Shown here piece by piece: positions 32,694 to 39,958 of a DNA stretch of 39,958 nt. The notes beneath the pieces were generated by a model that was not told the DNA's origin, did not search any database, and saw nothing but the letters and a program-made list of their open reading frames with translations. This DNA is from a virus. A program made the translations under genes and the position numbers. Each line of letters begins with the position of its first letter. Within the stretch, counting starts at the first letter, position 1. The stretch lies in IMG/VR virus record IMGVR_UViG_3300037882_005016, positions 1 through 39,958 of that record; one strand, written 5' to 3'.

Positions 32694-32902
32694 GTTTTAT
32701 AAAAGATATTATTAGAGATTTAAAAGACGAGGCGTGGCCACCAGAGACAACTCTGAAACAAAAAAATAAATATAGATGGAAAATTGTAGGACTAATGTCT
32801 ATTCTATCGGCAGCTCTTTTTTTTATTCACCCTGTTGCATCAATTTTGCCAGCACTTGTTGCCATTAGAAAAATATGGATTATTCTAAAAGACAATGGAT
32901 AA
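32690..32902 (+). CDS. Small membrane protein
   Basis: 70 aa with a hydrophobic hairpin: IVGLMSILSAALFFIHPVASILPALVAI. Confidence 0.5.
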   Translation: MSFIKDIIRDLKDEAWPPETTLKQKNKYRWKIVGLMSILSAALFFIHPVASILPALVAIRKIWIILKDNG

Positions 32903-33254
32903 TAGAAAAGAATTGGCATTAAAAAAGATTTCTTATAATACAACCATCGGGATTCACAATGAGTCGAGTGCGCTATATCATTTACAAAAATGTAATATTG
33001 TATATTTAGAAGCTCCAAAATCCTCACGCGGCTGGGCGATGCTAATCTATGACCACAGAGATGATTTAAATAGACAACTTCGCTACGAAACTTATTTCTG
33101 TAACATATCTTTAATTGAAAAAGAGCTCTTCAAGTATTATGAAAAGCTAAAATATATTCACGGCAATAAAAACTACTATTTTAAAAATGAGCTTTTAAAA
33201 AAATATCAAGAATGGAAAGCCCATCTTCTCACTGTCTCAGTAAAAGCTCTTTAG
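32895..33254 (+). CDS. Hypothetical early protein, last gene of the plus block
   Basis: 119-aa ORF. Its stop overlaps the stop of the convergent endolysin gene. Confidence 0.5.
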   Translation: MDNRKELALKKISYNTTIGIHNESSALYHLQKCNIVYLEAPKSSRGWAMLIYDHRDDLNRQLRYETYFCNISLIEKELFKYYEKLKYIHGNKNYYFKNELLKKYQEWKAHLLTVSVKAL

Positions 33255-34441
33255 CTTTTTGGTAAATAGTAACCTAAGACTCTATCGTTATCATAGGTCG
33301 AGATATTTACTTCATTATTTTGATTACCACCCAAGACATAGTGTGAACCGTTTGCTATTCTATCAAAAAAAGCTACGTGACCTGAAGCTGAGCTTGGGGT
33401 TCCTCTCCAAAAAACGACGATGCAACCCTTTATAGGCTTTTTAATTTTTCTATAATAAGTAGAGCTCATAAAACTTCGAGCCATACCAGATTTTGTTGAC
33501 CTATAACCGCTCATAACACAAACGGCGTTGGCAAAGCCTGCGCACCAAGGAGTCTCGTCATCATCAAAATCAAGACCTGCCTTCTCCCAAAAATCTAATA
33601 TATCAGGATTATGACTTGATCCAGGATACTCACCTACGCCAATATATTTTTTAGCCTTATCATAAAGAATTAAACCAATCGAAGAGTCATCATTTTCTGG
33701 CAGCGGTTGAACAATAATATTTCCATCATTGTTTTGTTCTATATAATCTATATTTAAACCCTGAAGCTTATAGCCAAGCTTAATAAAAGCTAACATATAA
33801 GCAGCACAGCCAATTTGTTTTGATACCGCATCTGGATCGTAAAATCCATCGCCTGTATATTTTCCTTTTATATATTTATTAGTATAAGACCATAAAAAAG
33901 GAGACGGGACACCCTTTTTTTTATAACCAAAACCGTTCCACTTTTCAAAAAGTTCTAAGATATTATCTATTGACCACACTTCAGTCTGATCAATCTTATC
34001 GTACTTTAATGCATCAATTGCAGATTCTGTAAAACTAAAAGGTGGAGTTCCTTTTTTAGGTCTCCCCTGTGGAACCTGAACGGTGTAATCATTTAATGAA
34101 TCCCCGTTATGTAAATGAGTCTTAAAATTACTATCTGATTCCATGCGGTGTAAAATAGCAACGACCCAATAAGGGACACCAGTTTCAAGTTCTATTTCTT
34201 TGTATCTATCAAAAAGAGACGCTAACTTCTCCGCTTGACCCAAGACAAACTCTTCGTTTTTTAGAGAGGCATCTTTAAAGACAAGCCAGTAGGGTGAAAG
34301 CTTATCTTCAATAATAAACTTTTCCTGTGAGTTTGGATCATCAGTGACAACCTCATCAATAACAGGCTTATCTGGATCTTTAGGTTTTTGTTTAAAAAAA
34401 TCAACTAAGTATTTTAATATTTTTTCTATAAGCGCCAGCAT
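33251..34441 (-). CDS. Two-domain peptidoglycan hydrolase (endolysin): lysozyme-like N-region plus C-terminal TIGR02594-type NlpC/P60-like domain
   Basis: The C-terminus GSSHNPDILDFW...DDETPWCAGFANAV...GCIVVFWRG...GHVAFF...VLGGNQNNEV is the TIGR02594 pattern. The N-region has HRMES...WNGFGYKKKGVPSPFLWSYTN. It is downstream of a holin-like gene. Confidence 0.75.
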   Translation of the reverse strand: MLALIEKILKYLVDFFKQKPKDPDKPVIDEVVTDDPNSQEKFIIEDKLSPYWLVFKDASLKNEEFVLGQAEKLASLFDRYKEIELETGVPYWVVAILHRMESDSNFKTHLHNGDSLNDYTVQVPQGRPKKGTPPFSFTESAIDALKYDKIDQTEVWSIDNILELFEKWNGFGYKKKGVPSPFLWSYTNKYIKGKYTGDGFYDPDAVSKQIGCAAYMLAFIKLGYKLQGLNIDYIEQNNDGNIIVQPLPENDDSSIGLILYDKAKKYIGVGEYPGSSHNPDILDFWEKAGLDFDDDETPWCAGFANAVCVMSGYRSTKSGMARSFMSSTYYRKIKKPIKGCIVVFWRGTPSSASGHVAFFDRIANGSHYVLGGNQNNEVNISTYDNDRVLGYYLPKS

Positions 34442-34469
34442 AATATATTCCTTCCTTTGGAATTATTTA

Positions 34470-34889
34470 CTAATCAATATACGTATATATTTTAAATAAA
34501 GTCTTTTTATCTTTTTTTGACTGAATTTTTTCAATCGACACTTTTGAAAACTTTGAATCGTCAATTTCAAGAGCCTCACAAATCGCATCCTCTGCTATCT
34601 TAAGCCTATTTGAAATATCCTGCTTCTTATCCTCGCCGCTTTTTAAAATCCAATTTTGACAAACTGAGACAACGAGCTCAAATCGATGTCCAATCTTCTT
34701 CTTATAATTAAACTCTTCTTTAAATCTAACTAATATTCTCTTCTCTAATACATTAAGATGAACAAAATTCTTAAAAGACTTTGCGTCAGCCGAAAGAAAT
34801 CTCCTTAAATGAAGTCTTGAGTTAGAATAAGAGCTATTAATAGTCGGTGGAATTCCATCGACCTCAAGACTGAAAATCTGATCTCTCAA
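34470..34889 (-). CDS. rusA: RusA-like Holliday junction resolvase
   Basis: GIPPTINSSYS...FLSADAKSFKNFV...QDISNRLKIAEDAICEALEIDDSKF fits the RusA pattern (D-x-x-N..K...DA....DD). The start is TTG with AAGGAA 8 nt upstream. Confidence 0.7.
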   Translation of the reverse strand: MRDQIFSLEVDGIPPTINSSYSNSRLHLRRFLSADAKSFKNFVHLNVLEKRILVRFKEEFNYKKKIGHRFELVVSVCQNWILKSGEDKKQDISNRLKIAEDAICEALEIDDSKFSKVSIEKIQSKKDKKTLFKIYTYID

Positions 34890-34901
34890 GAACTTATTTC
34901 C

Positions 34902-35099
34902 TTACTTAGATGAAATCTCAATAGGTTGTTTAGTTACAAGTCTTAAAAGAATATTTATAATCCCCCACACAGCAGATGACTCTGCTAAGTTGGCAACGAT
35001 CATTTCTTTAAAAGCTGGAAACAAAAAAACAAGAACTGGAACAAGTAAATTGATCCAAAAAGTTTTTGATAAATAAAATGGTTTTGAAATATCTAACAT
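34902..35099 (-). CDS. Holin-like protein with two transmembrane segments
   Basis: I prefer the ATG at 35099 (MLDISKPFYLSKTFWINLLVPVLVFLF...), with GGGGA 8 nt upstream, 1 nt after the upstream stop. The track start at 35153 would overlap by 53 nt. Confidence 0.55.
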   Translation of the reverse strand: MLDISKPFYLSKTFWINLLVPVLVFLFPAFKEMIVANLAESSAVWGIINILLRLVTKQPIEISSK

Positions 35100-35100
35100 A

Positions 35101-35343
35101 TTAATATCCCCTTTTTTCTTTTTTAATATATTTAAGATCTGTTTTGATCTCAATTAAATCATTCTTCATACTTGATAACTCTTTTTTAATATCGTCAAGA
35201 GCCTCAACGCTTTGAGTTGATTCTCTTTCTATGATCGTTACACGCGTTTCAATGTTTTTAGTATATGCTAAACCGCCCATAATAAAAGGCAGAAGTGAAA
35301 TAATTAGACCTAAGGATAGAGAGCTTTTATCATTTAATACCAT
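35101..35343 (-). CDS. Membrane-anchored coiled-coil protein (spanin- or holin-regulator-like)
   Basis: 80 aa with an N-terminal TM segment (SLGLIISLLPFIMGGLAY) followed by a coiled coil. Confidence 0.45.
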   Translation of the reverse strand: MVLNDKSSLSLGLIISLLPFIMGGLAYTKNIETRVTIIERESTQSVEALDDIKKELSSMKNDLIEIKTDLKYIKKEKRGY

Positions 35344-35350
35344 AAACTAA

Positions 35351-35836
35351 TTATCTCCTACTTCTTAAAATTGACCTAATATAATCTAAAATTATTTTTA
35401 CATACCTATCTGTCTCTACTTTAGTAAACCCAAGATAAGGTCTCGCCTCAATACCACGACTCTTGTCCCCAAAATTATGAGTATCTGCGTAAATTAAATC
35501 TGAACCAACTGAGGCTAAAAGATTATTACTATTTTTTTCTAATGATTTTAAAAGAGTTCCCTCATTTAATAAAATATTTTGAGGCTCCGAATAGCCTAGT
35601 TTTTTTTGTCTTTTTCTATAAGACTCACGTTTCCATTTTTTCCATTTATTTAATCTACCAGTTTTTGGATTAGGACCAGACTTTGAGAAAAGAAATCTTT
35701 TCTGAACCTCGCTTAACATTAAATCAGAGATAACTTTAAGCGGTTCTCTAAAATCCTTAGTATCTAATTTTAAAGATAGTCTCTTAAGAGCAGGAGTAAT
35801 ATTATCATTTATTTTAAAATTAAATTTAAAAGCCAT
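35351..35836 (-). CDS. Virion morphogenesis / tail completion protein (Mu gpG-like)
   Basis: The NEGTLLKSL...ASVGSDLIYADTHNFGD...IEARPYLGF pattern belongs to the phage virion morphogenesis family. Its start overlaps the J stop. Confidence 0.65.
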   Translation of the reverse strand: MAFKFNFKINDNITPALKRLSLKLDTKDFREPLKVISDLMLSEVQKRFLFSKSGPNPKTGRLNKWKKWKRESYRKRQKKLGYSEPQNILLNEGTLLKSLEKNSNNLLASVGSDLIYADTHNFGDKSRGIEARPYLGFTKVETDRYVKIILDYIRSILRSRR

Positions 35837-38800
35837 TATAAAACCACAAAAGATATTTCAGTAGGCTCCACAAATTGAGGTGATCCAACAAAGAATGGTG
35901 ATATTTTAAGCAAGACAATTGATCCAGTTGCATAGTTTAATTCTAACCTAGAATCATAGTGAGTAATAGATCCAGACTTTAAAAGTGGGGAAAAGCTAGA
36001 CCCATTAACAGACGCCTGAATAGTAAAGGCGATTGCACCATCAGATTCCCACTCTATAATCTGTAAAAGGTTTTTATTTTCGACAATATATGGATTAAAT
36101 GCTCTTACTTTAACTAAAGTATAACTTCCTGGGTTATATGGCTCAGGCGTAACGTCCTGAAATTCATGTGAGTACATTGCTAAATCCTCGTCGGTCGCAC
36201 TTATTTTAAAAGTATTTTCTCCCGAAGGCTGAATGCCTACAATTCTAATTCTTTTCCCAGGAGTAGATTGATAATCAGCTAAACCCATCCAATCGTGAGG
36301 AAAACTCTCAGGATAGCTGCTAAGACTATTAGTATCATGATTATCATTAATATAAAAAGGACAGCTAATTGCTGAGATAGGATTATTAAATATGAATAAG
36401 CCTTCATTTGAAGTCCCTTGATTATAAGTTAAATTATTATTTAAATCTCTTAAAACAAGATATGTAGAGCCAAGCATATCACAATCAAACTCTATTGATG
36501 TGCATACGTTTCCTGAGATATTAAATTTTATAGCTCTTCCTGTAATTCCCCACTGAGTTAAATCATGACTTAATAAAACAACGTCGCCCCTTGAAACTAT
36601 TAAACCCTCGGCATCAAGAGTAAAAGAAATCTGTCGTCTTTGATAGGCCTGTTTAGCAGCAATTAAATTAGCCTCTCTCTGTGCTTGTGATTTATATTTT
36701 ACTCCAAAAAGATCAATCGTAACTCTGTTTGTTGGGTTTCCTGTAAAATCAGGCCTGATCGCCGAGACCTGATCAATAGTCCAGTTTAGATCTGGATTCA
36801 TAAAGGTACACACAATCTCTTCGGGGAGATTCTCGTTTATATATGTAACGGAAAATGTTCCAGCTTTAATATTGTGTGGACCAAAAAGTGCAATAGCAGG
36901 CTGTGATGGATCTTCAAATATTACACCTATTTTTCCTGTCTCCCAGGTTATTGCGGCTCTTCCAACAGAGGCTATATTTGTTAGAACTTCGGCTGTATTT
37001 TGTGCCTGATCTATAACGGCGCTAAATTTTAAATTATTAACATCACAAAAAAGAGCCCATAATTTTAATTTCTCAATATCAATTTGTTCATCCCTTAGGC
37101 CGCCACCAAAGAGTCGTCTTTTATTATTTACAGAGTAACCGTTAAGCCAGCCTGGGCGCGCACTCATGTTCTCGTCTACTTGATTTTCAAATCCACCGCG
37201 AGAGACATATAAAAACCACCAAGCTGGATTTTCTGTAAAAGTATAGTTCCACGTGGAACCATCCCATACCCAGCATCTGTTCTTTATATAAGCAGAAAAT
37301 CTTCCAAGCGCGCCTGATATTTGCGCCGATGCAGTAACATGAACGACCATTCTATTTTGAGCGACGTGTGGCGTACTATCTGAGACCCAAAACTGCGCCT
37401 CTGTTACACTAATATCATCGACAACATTTGCATCGATAGAGTCCTCATTTACTTTTGCATATCTGATTTCATATTCACCGACGGCAACATTTTTTGAAAC
37501 AACGGCTCTAAAAGGATCATAGGATGCGTGTGAGAAAATAATACTAGACCCACTCGTTGGATATTGTGACCCCTGAACTAATGGTAACCAAGAAGCTGAA
37601 CCGACTTCTCTGTATTCAAAGGTCAGAGTAACAGAATTTGCAACGGCTCCACCGGTTGCTGCGGATGTTCTAAAAAGTCTGCCCTCAACAAAGAGTTTAA
37701 TTCGCGTCGTGTTTTTTGGACTTTTCTTATAATGATAGTTATTCGGAAATGACCACGAATTATTATCGGGCGGAAGAACGTCGTTATTAATAACTTGATT
37801 TCCTTGCCGTGTAGCAACGACCGGATGAGCGCCTGCGTCCGCTAATGTATTACCAGAAAAATAAGTTAGAACTGGCCAGCTTGTCGCAGTATAGACGTTT
37901 ATTGAATTATCAAATCCACGATAAGTTGTTAAATCACTTTCAGTAAATTTAAGATCTTCGTAGTCAATATCTCCAAAACCAAAATTAAAGATGTGAACAA
38001 TTTTTTGTGTCGGCGGCTCCCTATGCTCTAAATAAAAAGTCTCTTGCAGCATTGGGTAATTTGTTATTCTAGTGAGTTGGTGTAAAAGATTCGGATTTGT
38101 ATCGTTAAAATCTCCTGGAATAACTTCAGTATAAGAGGCTGTATTTGTGTCTAAAAAACTTATTAAACTATTTGCATTAGCAACTTGCGAAGATAAAGGA
38201 TTATATAAAGTTGTGTACCAAAAATAAAAAACAGAGTACGAAAAATATCTAGTTCCAGAAAAACTCCACCTAATAATTATATTATTTTTTTGTAATACGG
38301 ATTTCCCATCTGAGACATCAAAGGGCTTGCGCGGCCTTAAAACCTGTGATGTGCCCGCAATTATTTTTATATAATTTGTATCTGTATAATCTACCGTAGT
38401 TGTTGAGTTTTTATTCCCCATTACCTCCCAGAGACCAAGACTATTAAACAGATTTATATAATTTGTTCCATCAAAAAGCTGACCTGCGGAGACAAGAGAC
38501 CATAAATTGCTATAAGCTGGACTTGTAATATCAATACTAACATTACTTGTTGTCGTTTGTTCTGTATATGATCCCACGAGACCGTAGACAAAATCAGAGT
38601 ATGGATTAGAATCAAAGTCTGGAAATATCTGATGGTTTCCTAAGACAAGCGGCATTGGTTGATATGCTCTTGCGCTGTTCCCCGCTGCGCTTAAAGAATA
38701 CGTTGGGCTTTGTGCTTGTTCAACACCAGAAGATGCCGCGAGTGATCTTTGCTGACCAATAGCAGATCTTATTCCTAAAACTAATAATGAGGACGCGACT

Positions 38801-39162
38801 AATATAACAGCGTTCCCAACAGCAGCTGCGGCAGAAGCTGACGCCCCAAGAGCGGCTCCAAGACCAGCGCCCGCGCCAGTTGCAATTAATGCAATAGCAG
38901 CAATTTGAACTATTGTTGTTAATACCTTTCCTTGTTCATTATCTAGGCCGCCCTCGACAACGCTAATAATTGAAAGTCGATCTTCTTTTTTTATAATTAA
39001 ATCTTTAGAAACCATCTTAGGAGAAATACCATTAATTACAACGTGGTAATTTCCTTTTGCATTTAGTTTTTTTAAAATAGTTTTTAACTTAAAAGATCTT
39101 TTATATTCTTTTATTAATCTAGTAGCTTTTAAAGGATGGGGTTTAAATATTATTTTTGCCAA
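35836..39162 (-). CDS. Tail tip / host-specificity protein (lambda gpJ-like) with an N-terminal gpI-like segment
   Basis: 1108 aa, the last gene of the M-L-K set. The first roughly 130 aa are a small domain plus the G/A-rich hydrophobic stretch IAAIALIATGAGAGLGAALGASASAAAAVGNAVILV, as in tail assembly protein I. Confidence 0.8.
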   Translation of the reverse strand: MAKIIFKPHPLKATRLIKEYKRSFKLKTILKKLNAKGNYHVVINGISPKMVSKDLIIKKEDRLSIISVVEGGLDNEQGKVLTTIVQIAAIALIATGAGAGLGAALGASASAAAAVGNAVILVASSLLVLGIRSAIGQQRSLAASSGVEQAQSPTYSLSAAGNSARAYQPMPLVLGNHQIFPDFDSNPYSDFVYGLVGSYTEQTTTSNVSIDITSPAYSNLWSLVSAGQLFDGTNYINLFNSLGLWEVMGNKNSTTTVDYTDTNYIKIIAGTSQVLRPRKPFDVSDGKSVLQKNNIIIRWSFSGTRYFSYSVFYFWYTTLYNPLSSQVANANSLISFLDTNTASYTEVIPGDFNDTNPNLLHQLTRITNYPMLQETFYLEHREPPTQKIVHIFNFGFGDIDYEDLKFTESDLTTYRGFDNSINVYTATSWPVLTYFSGNTLADAGAHPVVATRQGNQVINNDVLPPDNNSWSFPNNYHYKKSPKNTTRIKLFVEGRLFRTSAATGGAVANSVTLTFEYREVGSASWLPLVQGSQYPTSGSSIIFSHASYDPFRAVVSKNVAVGEYEIRYAKVNEDSIDANVVDDISVTEAQFWVSDSTPHVAQNRMVVHVTASAQISGALGRFSAYIKNRCWVWDGSTWNYTFTENPAWWFLYVSRGGFENQVDENMSARPGWLNGYSVNNKRRLFGGGLRDEQIDIEKLKLWALFCDVNNLKFSAVIDQAQNTAEVLTNIASVGRAAITWETGKIGVIFEDPSQPAIALFGPHNIKAGTFSVTYINENLPEEIVCTFMNPDLNWTIDQVSAIRPDFTGNPTNRVTIDLFGVKYKSQAQREANLIAAKQAYQRRQISFTLDAEGLIVSRGDVVLLSHDLTQWGITGRAIKFNISGNVCTSIEFDCDMLGSTYLVLRDLNNNLTYNQGTSNEGLFIFNNPISAISCPFYINDNHDTNSLSSYPESFPHDWMGLADYQSTPGKRIRIVGIQPSGENTFKISATDEDLAMYSHEFQDVTPEPYNPGSYTLVKVRAFNPYIVENKNLLQIIEWESDGAIAFTIQASVNGSSFSPLLKSGSITHYDSRLELNYATGSIVLLKISPFFVGSPQFVEPTEISFVVL

Positions 39163-39539
39163 AGATAGTAGCCCTCTATACTTAATCCACCACGATCAAT
39201 ATCCTTAATCTTCTGTCTGACAACGGATCTACAAAGCTTAAAACTATGAAGAACATACCACTCGTTATTAATAAAACAAGCAAGACCTATATGGTGCATT
39301 TCTTGATTTCCGCTCATTAAGACACAACAGCCGTCAGTCGGATTATGTATTTTTTCTTCTTGAAAAAAGTTATAAAATTCTTTTTTTAATAAATTACTCT
39401 GATCTTTTGCCTTGCCGTTATTCTTTGGAAAAACTATTTTTTTATTAAAAACTTCTTTTCCAACAACCTCAACAAGCTCAGCACAATTCATTTCTCGATA
39501 ATCAATTCCTACATATTTATCTGACCAATGATTAAACAT
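39150..39539 (-). CDS. Tail-tip NlpC/P60 (C40) peptidase-like protein (lambda gpK C-domain / GTA gp14-like)
   Basis: 129 aa with catalytic-type Cys in YREMNCAELV and His in MHHIGLA. It lies between the gpL-like and J-like genes, with overlaps at both ends. Confidence 0.65.
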   Translation of the reverse strand: MFNHWSDKYVGIDYREMNCAELVEVVGKEVFNKKIVFPKNNGKAKDQSNLLKKEFYNFFQEEKIHNPTDGCCVLMSGNQEMHHIGLACFINNEWYVLHSFKLCRSVVRQKIKDIDRGGLSIEGYYLWQK

Positions 39540-39958
39540 AAATTCCAGGACTTTCTTGAGCTGAATAAATTACTGGAGTCATGGACTTATTTAATAGATC
39601 TTCATAAGATAATGTGCCGTCAACTGTTAAAGAGTTTATTGAGATATTTATAAATTTTGTTTTTATTTCGTATTCAACAAAGTCAGGATTAGATCTAACT
39701 ATTACATATGTCGTAATAAAAGTATCCTTAGCTCCATGAGATTTCTCAATCCACTGTGATAAGTCACGGCCAACATTACAAATAGATAGACTTGCCGTAG
39801 GAACTTGACCCTCTTTTTCTTCTGGAAATGTAAAATCGAAACTTAAAGATCTAAAAGTTACTTTTTTTAATGGTGGAAACTGTGCGTTTAAAAGACTAGA
39901 CTCAAGCTCTTTATTATCGTTAGTTAAATAAATCGGCTCAGTTAGAAAAGGATTATCT
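39532..39958 (-). CDS. Minor tail protein (gpL position / DUF1833-like), C-terminal part; 39860-39958 duplicates 1-99
   Basis: Hand translation ...VTFRSLSFDFTFPEEKEGQVPTASLSICNVGRDLSQWIEKSHGAKDTF...SAQESPGIYV*. The TAA at 39534-39532 overlaps the ATG of the next gene (ATGTTTAA). The F-x-F-x-P..E and L-x-I-x-N-V pattern is reminiscent of DUF1833. Confidence 0.6.
   Translation of the reverse strand, partial: DNPFLTEPIYLTNDNKELESSLLNAQFPPLKKVTFRSLSFDFTFPEEKEGQVPTASLSICNVGRDLSQWIEKSHGAKDTFITTYVIVRSNPDFVEYEIKTKFINISINSLTVDGTLSYEDLLNKSMTPVIYSAQESPGIYV
39860..39958. repeat. Second copy of the 99-bp terminal direct repeat
   Basis: Identical to 1..99. Confidence 0.95.

Noticed and set aside
32022-33027. 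Minus-strand ORFs 32022..32207, 32384..32578 and 32827..33027, and also 27650..27832
   Set aside because: They lie antisense within the tightly coupled plus-strand early operon and have no translation signals.
1-39958. CRISPR arrays, tRNA or rRNA genes, integrase/att sites, IS elements
   Set aside because: I found no regularly spaced direct repeats, no cloverleaf-compatible segments and no recombinase or transposase-like ORFs on reading both strands. The only long exact repeat is the 99-bp terminal assembly overlap.

Overview
This window is a complete, circularly closed genome (about 39.86 kb) of an AT-rich, siphovirus-type tailed phage (Caudoviricetes). Bases 1-99 are identical to 39860-39958, which looks like an assembly overlap, and one tail gene reads in frame across that junction.

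Layout:
(i) One long minus-strand late operon runs from about 22.6 kb down to 1, then wraps from 39.96 kb down to 33.25 kb. In order it encodes an acidic protein, an RHH protein, a ParB-like protein, a TET/JBP-like dioxygenase, TerS, TerL, a portal, a Mu-F-like head protein and a prohead protease/scaffold. A six-gene fibre island follows, then a DUF2190-like decoration protein, the major capsid protein, a DUF1320-type adaptor, a neck protein and two paralogous tail-tube genes. Next come a G/GT-type chaperone with a T7 slippery site, another fibre gene pair and the tape measure. The tail tip is lambda-like: gpM-like, gpL-like (DUF1833-like), an NlpC/P60 gpK-like protein and an I-J fusion. The operon ends with a Mu-G-like morphogenesis protein, a lysis cassette with an embedded RusA, and a two-domain endolysin.
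(ii) An accessory block at 22.7-27.3 kb carries exported proteins: lipoproteins, an Ig-like protein, a GH114-like glycosidase and a subtilisin-like S8 protease.
(iii) A plus-strand early block at 27.7-33.25 kb consists of small ORFs. It includes a Cas4-like PD-(D/E)XK nuclease, a protein with an SSB-type DDLPF tail, a VVA0879-like protein and a DUF3850/ASCH-like protein.

I could not recognise an integrase, repressor, transposase, replication initiator, helicase, primase, polymerase, tRNA or CRISPR array.

Most interesting leads:
- The TET/JBP-like dioxygenase, paired with a ParB-like gene inside the packaging module, with no partner methyltransferase or glycosyltransferase.
- A roughly 590-nt ORF-free, locally GC-enriched region (29226-29816) whose inverted repeats nest into a three-way junction.
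- The non-OB protein with an SSB-tail mimic.
- Fibre genes embedded in the head module.
- The exported protease/GH114 cassette.

All family assignments rest on motifs read by eye and on gene order. No searches were run.
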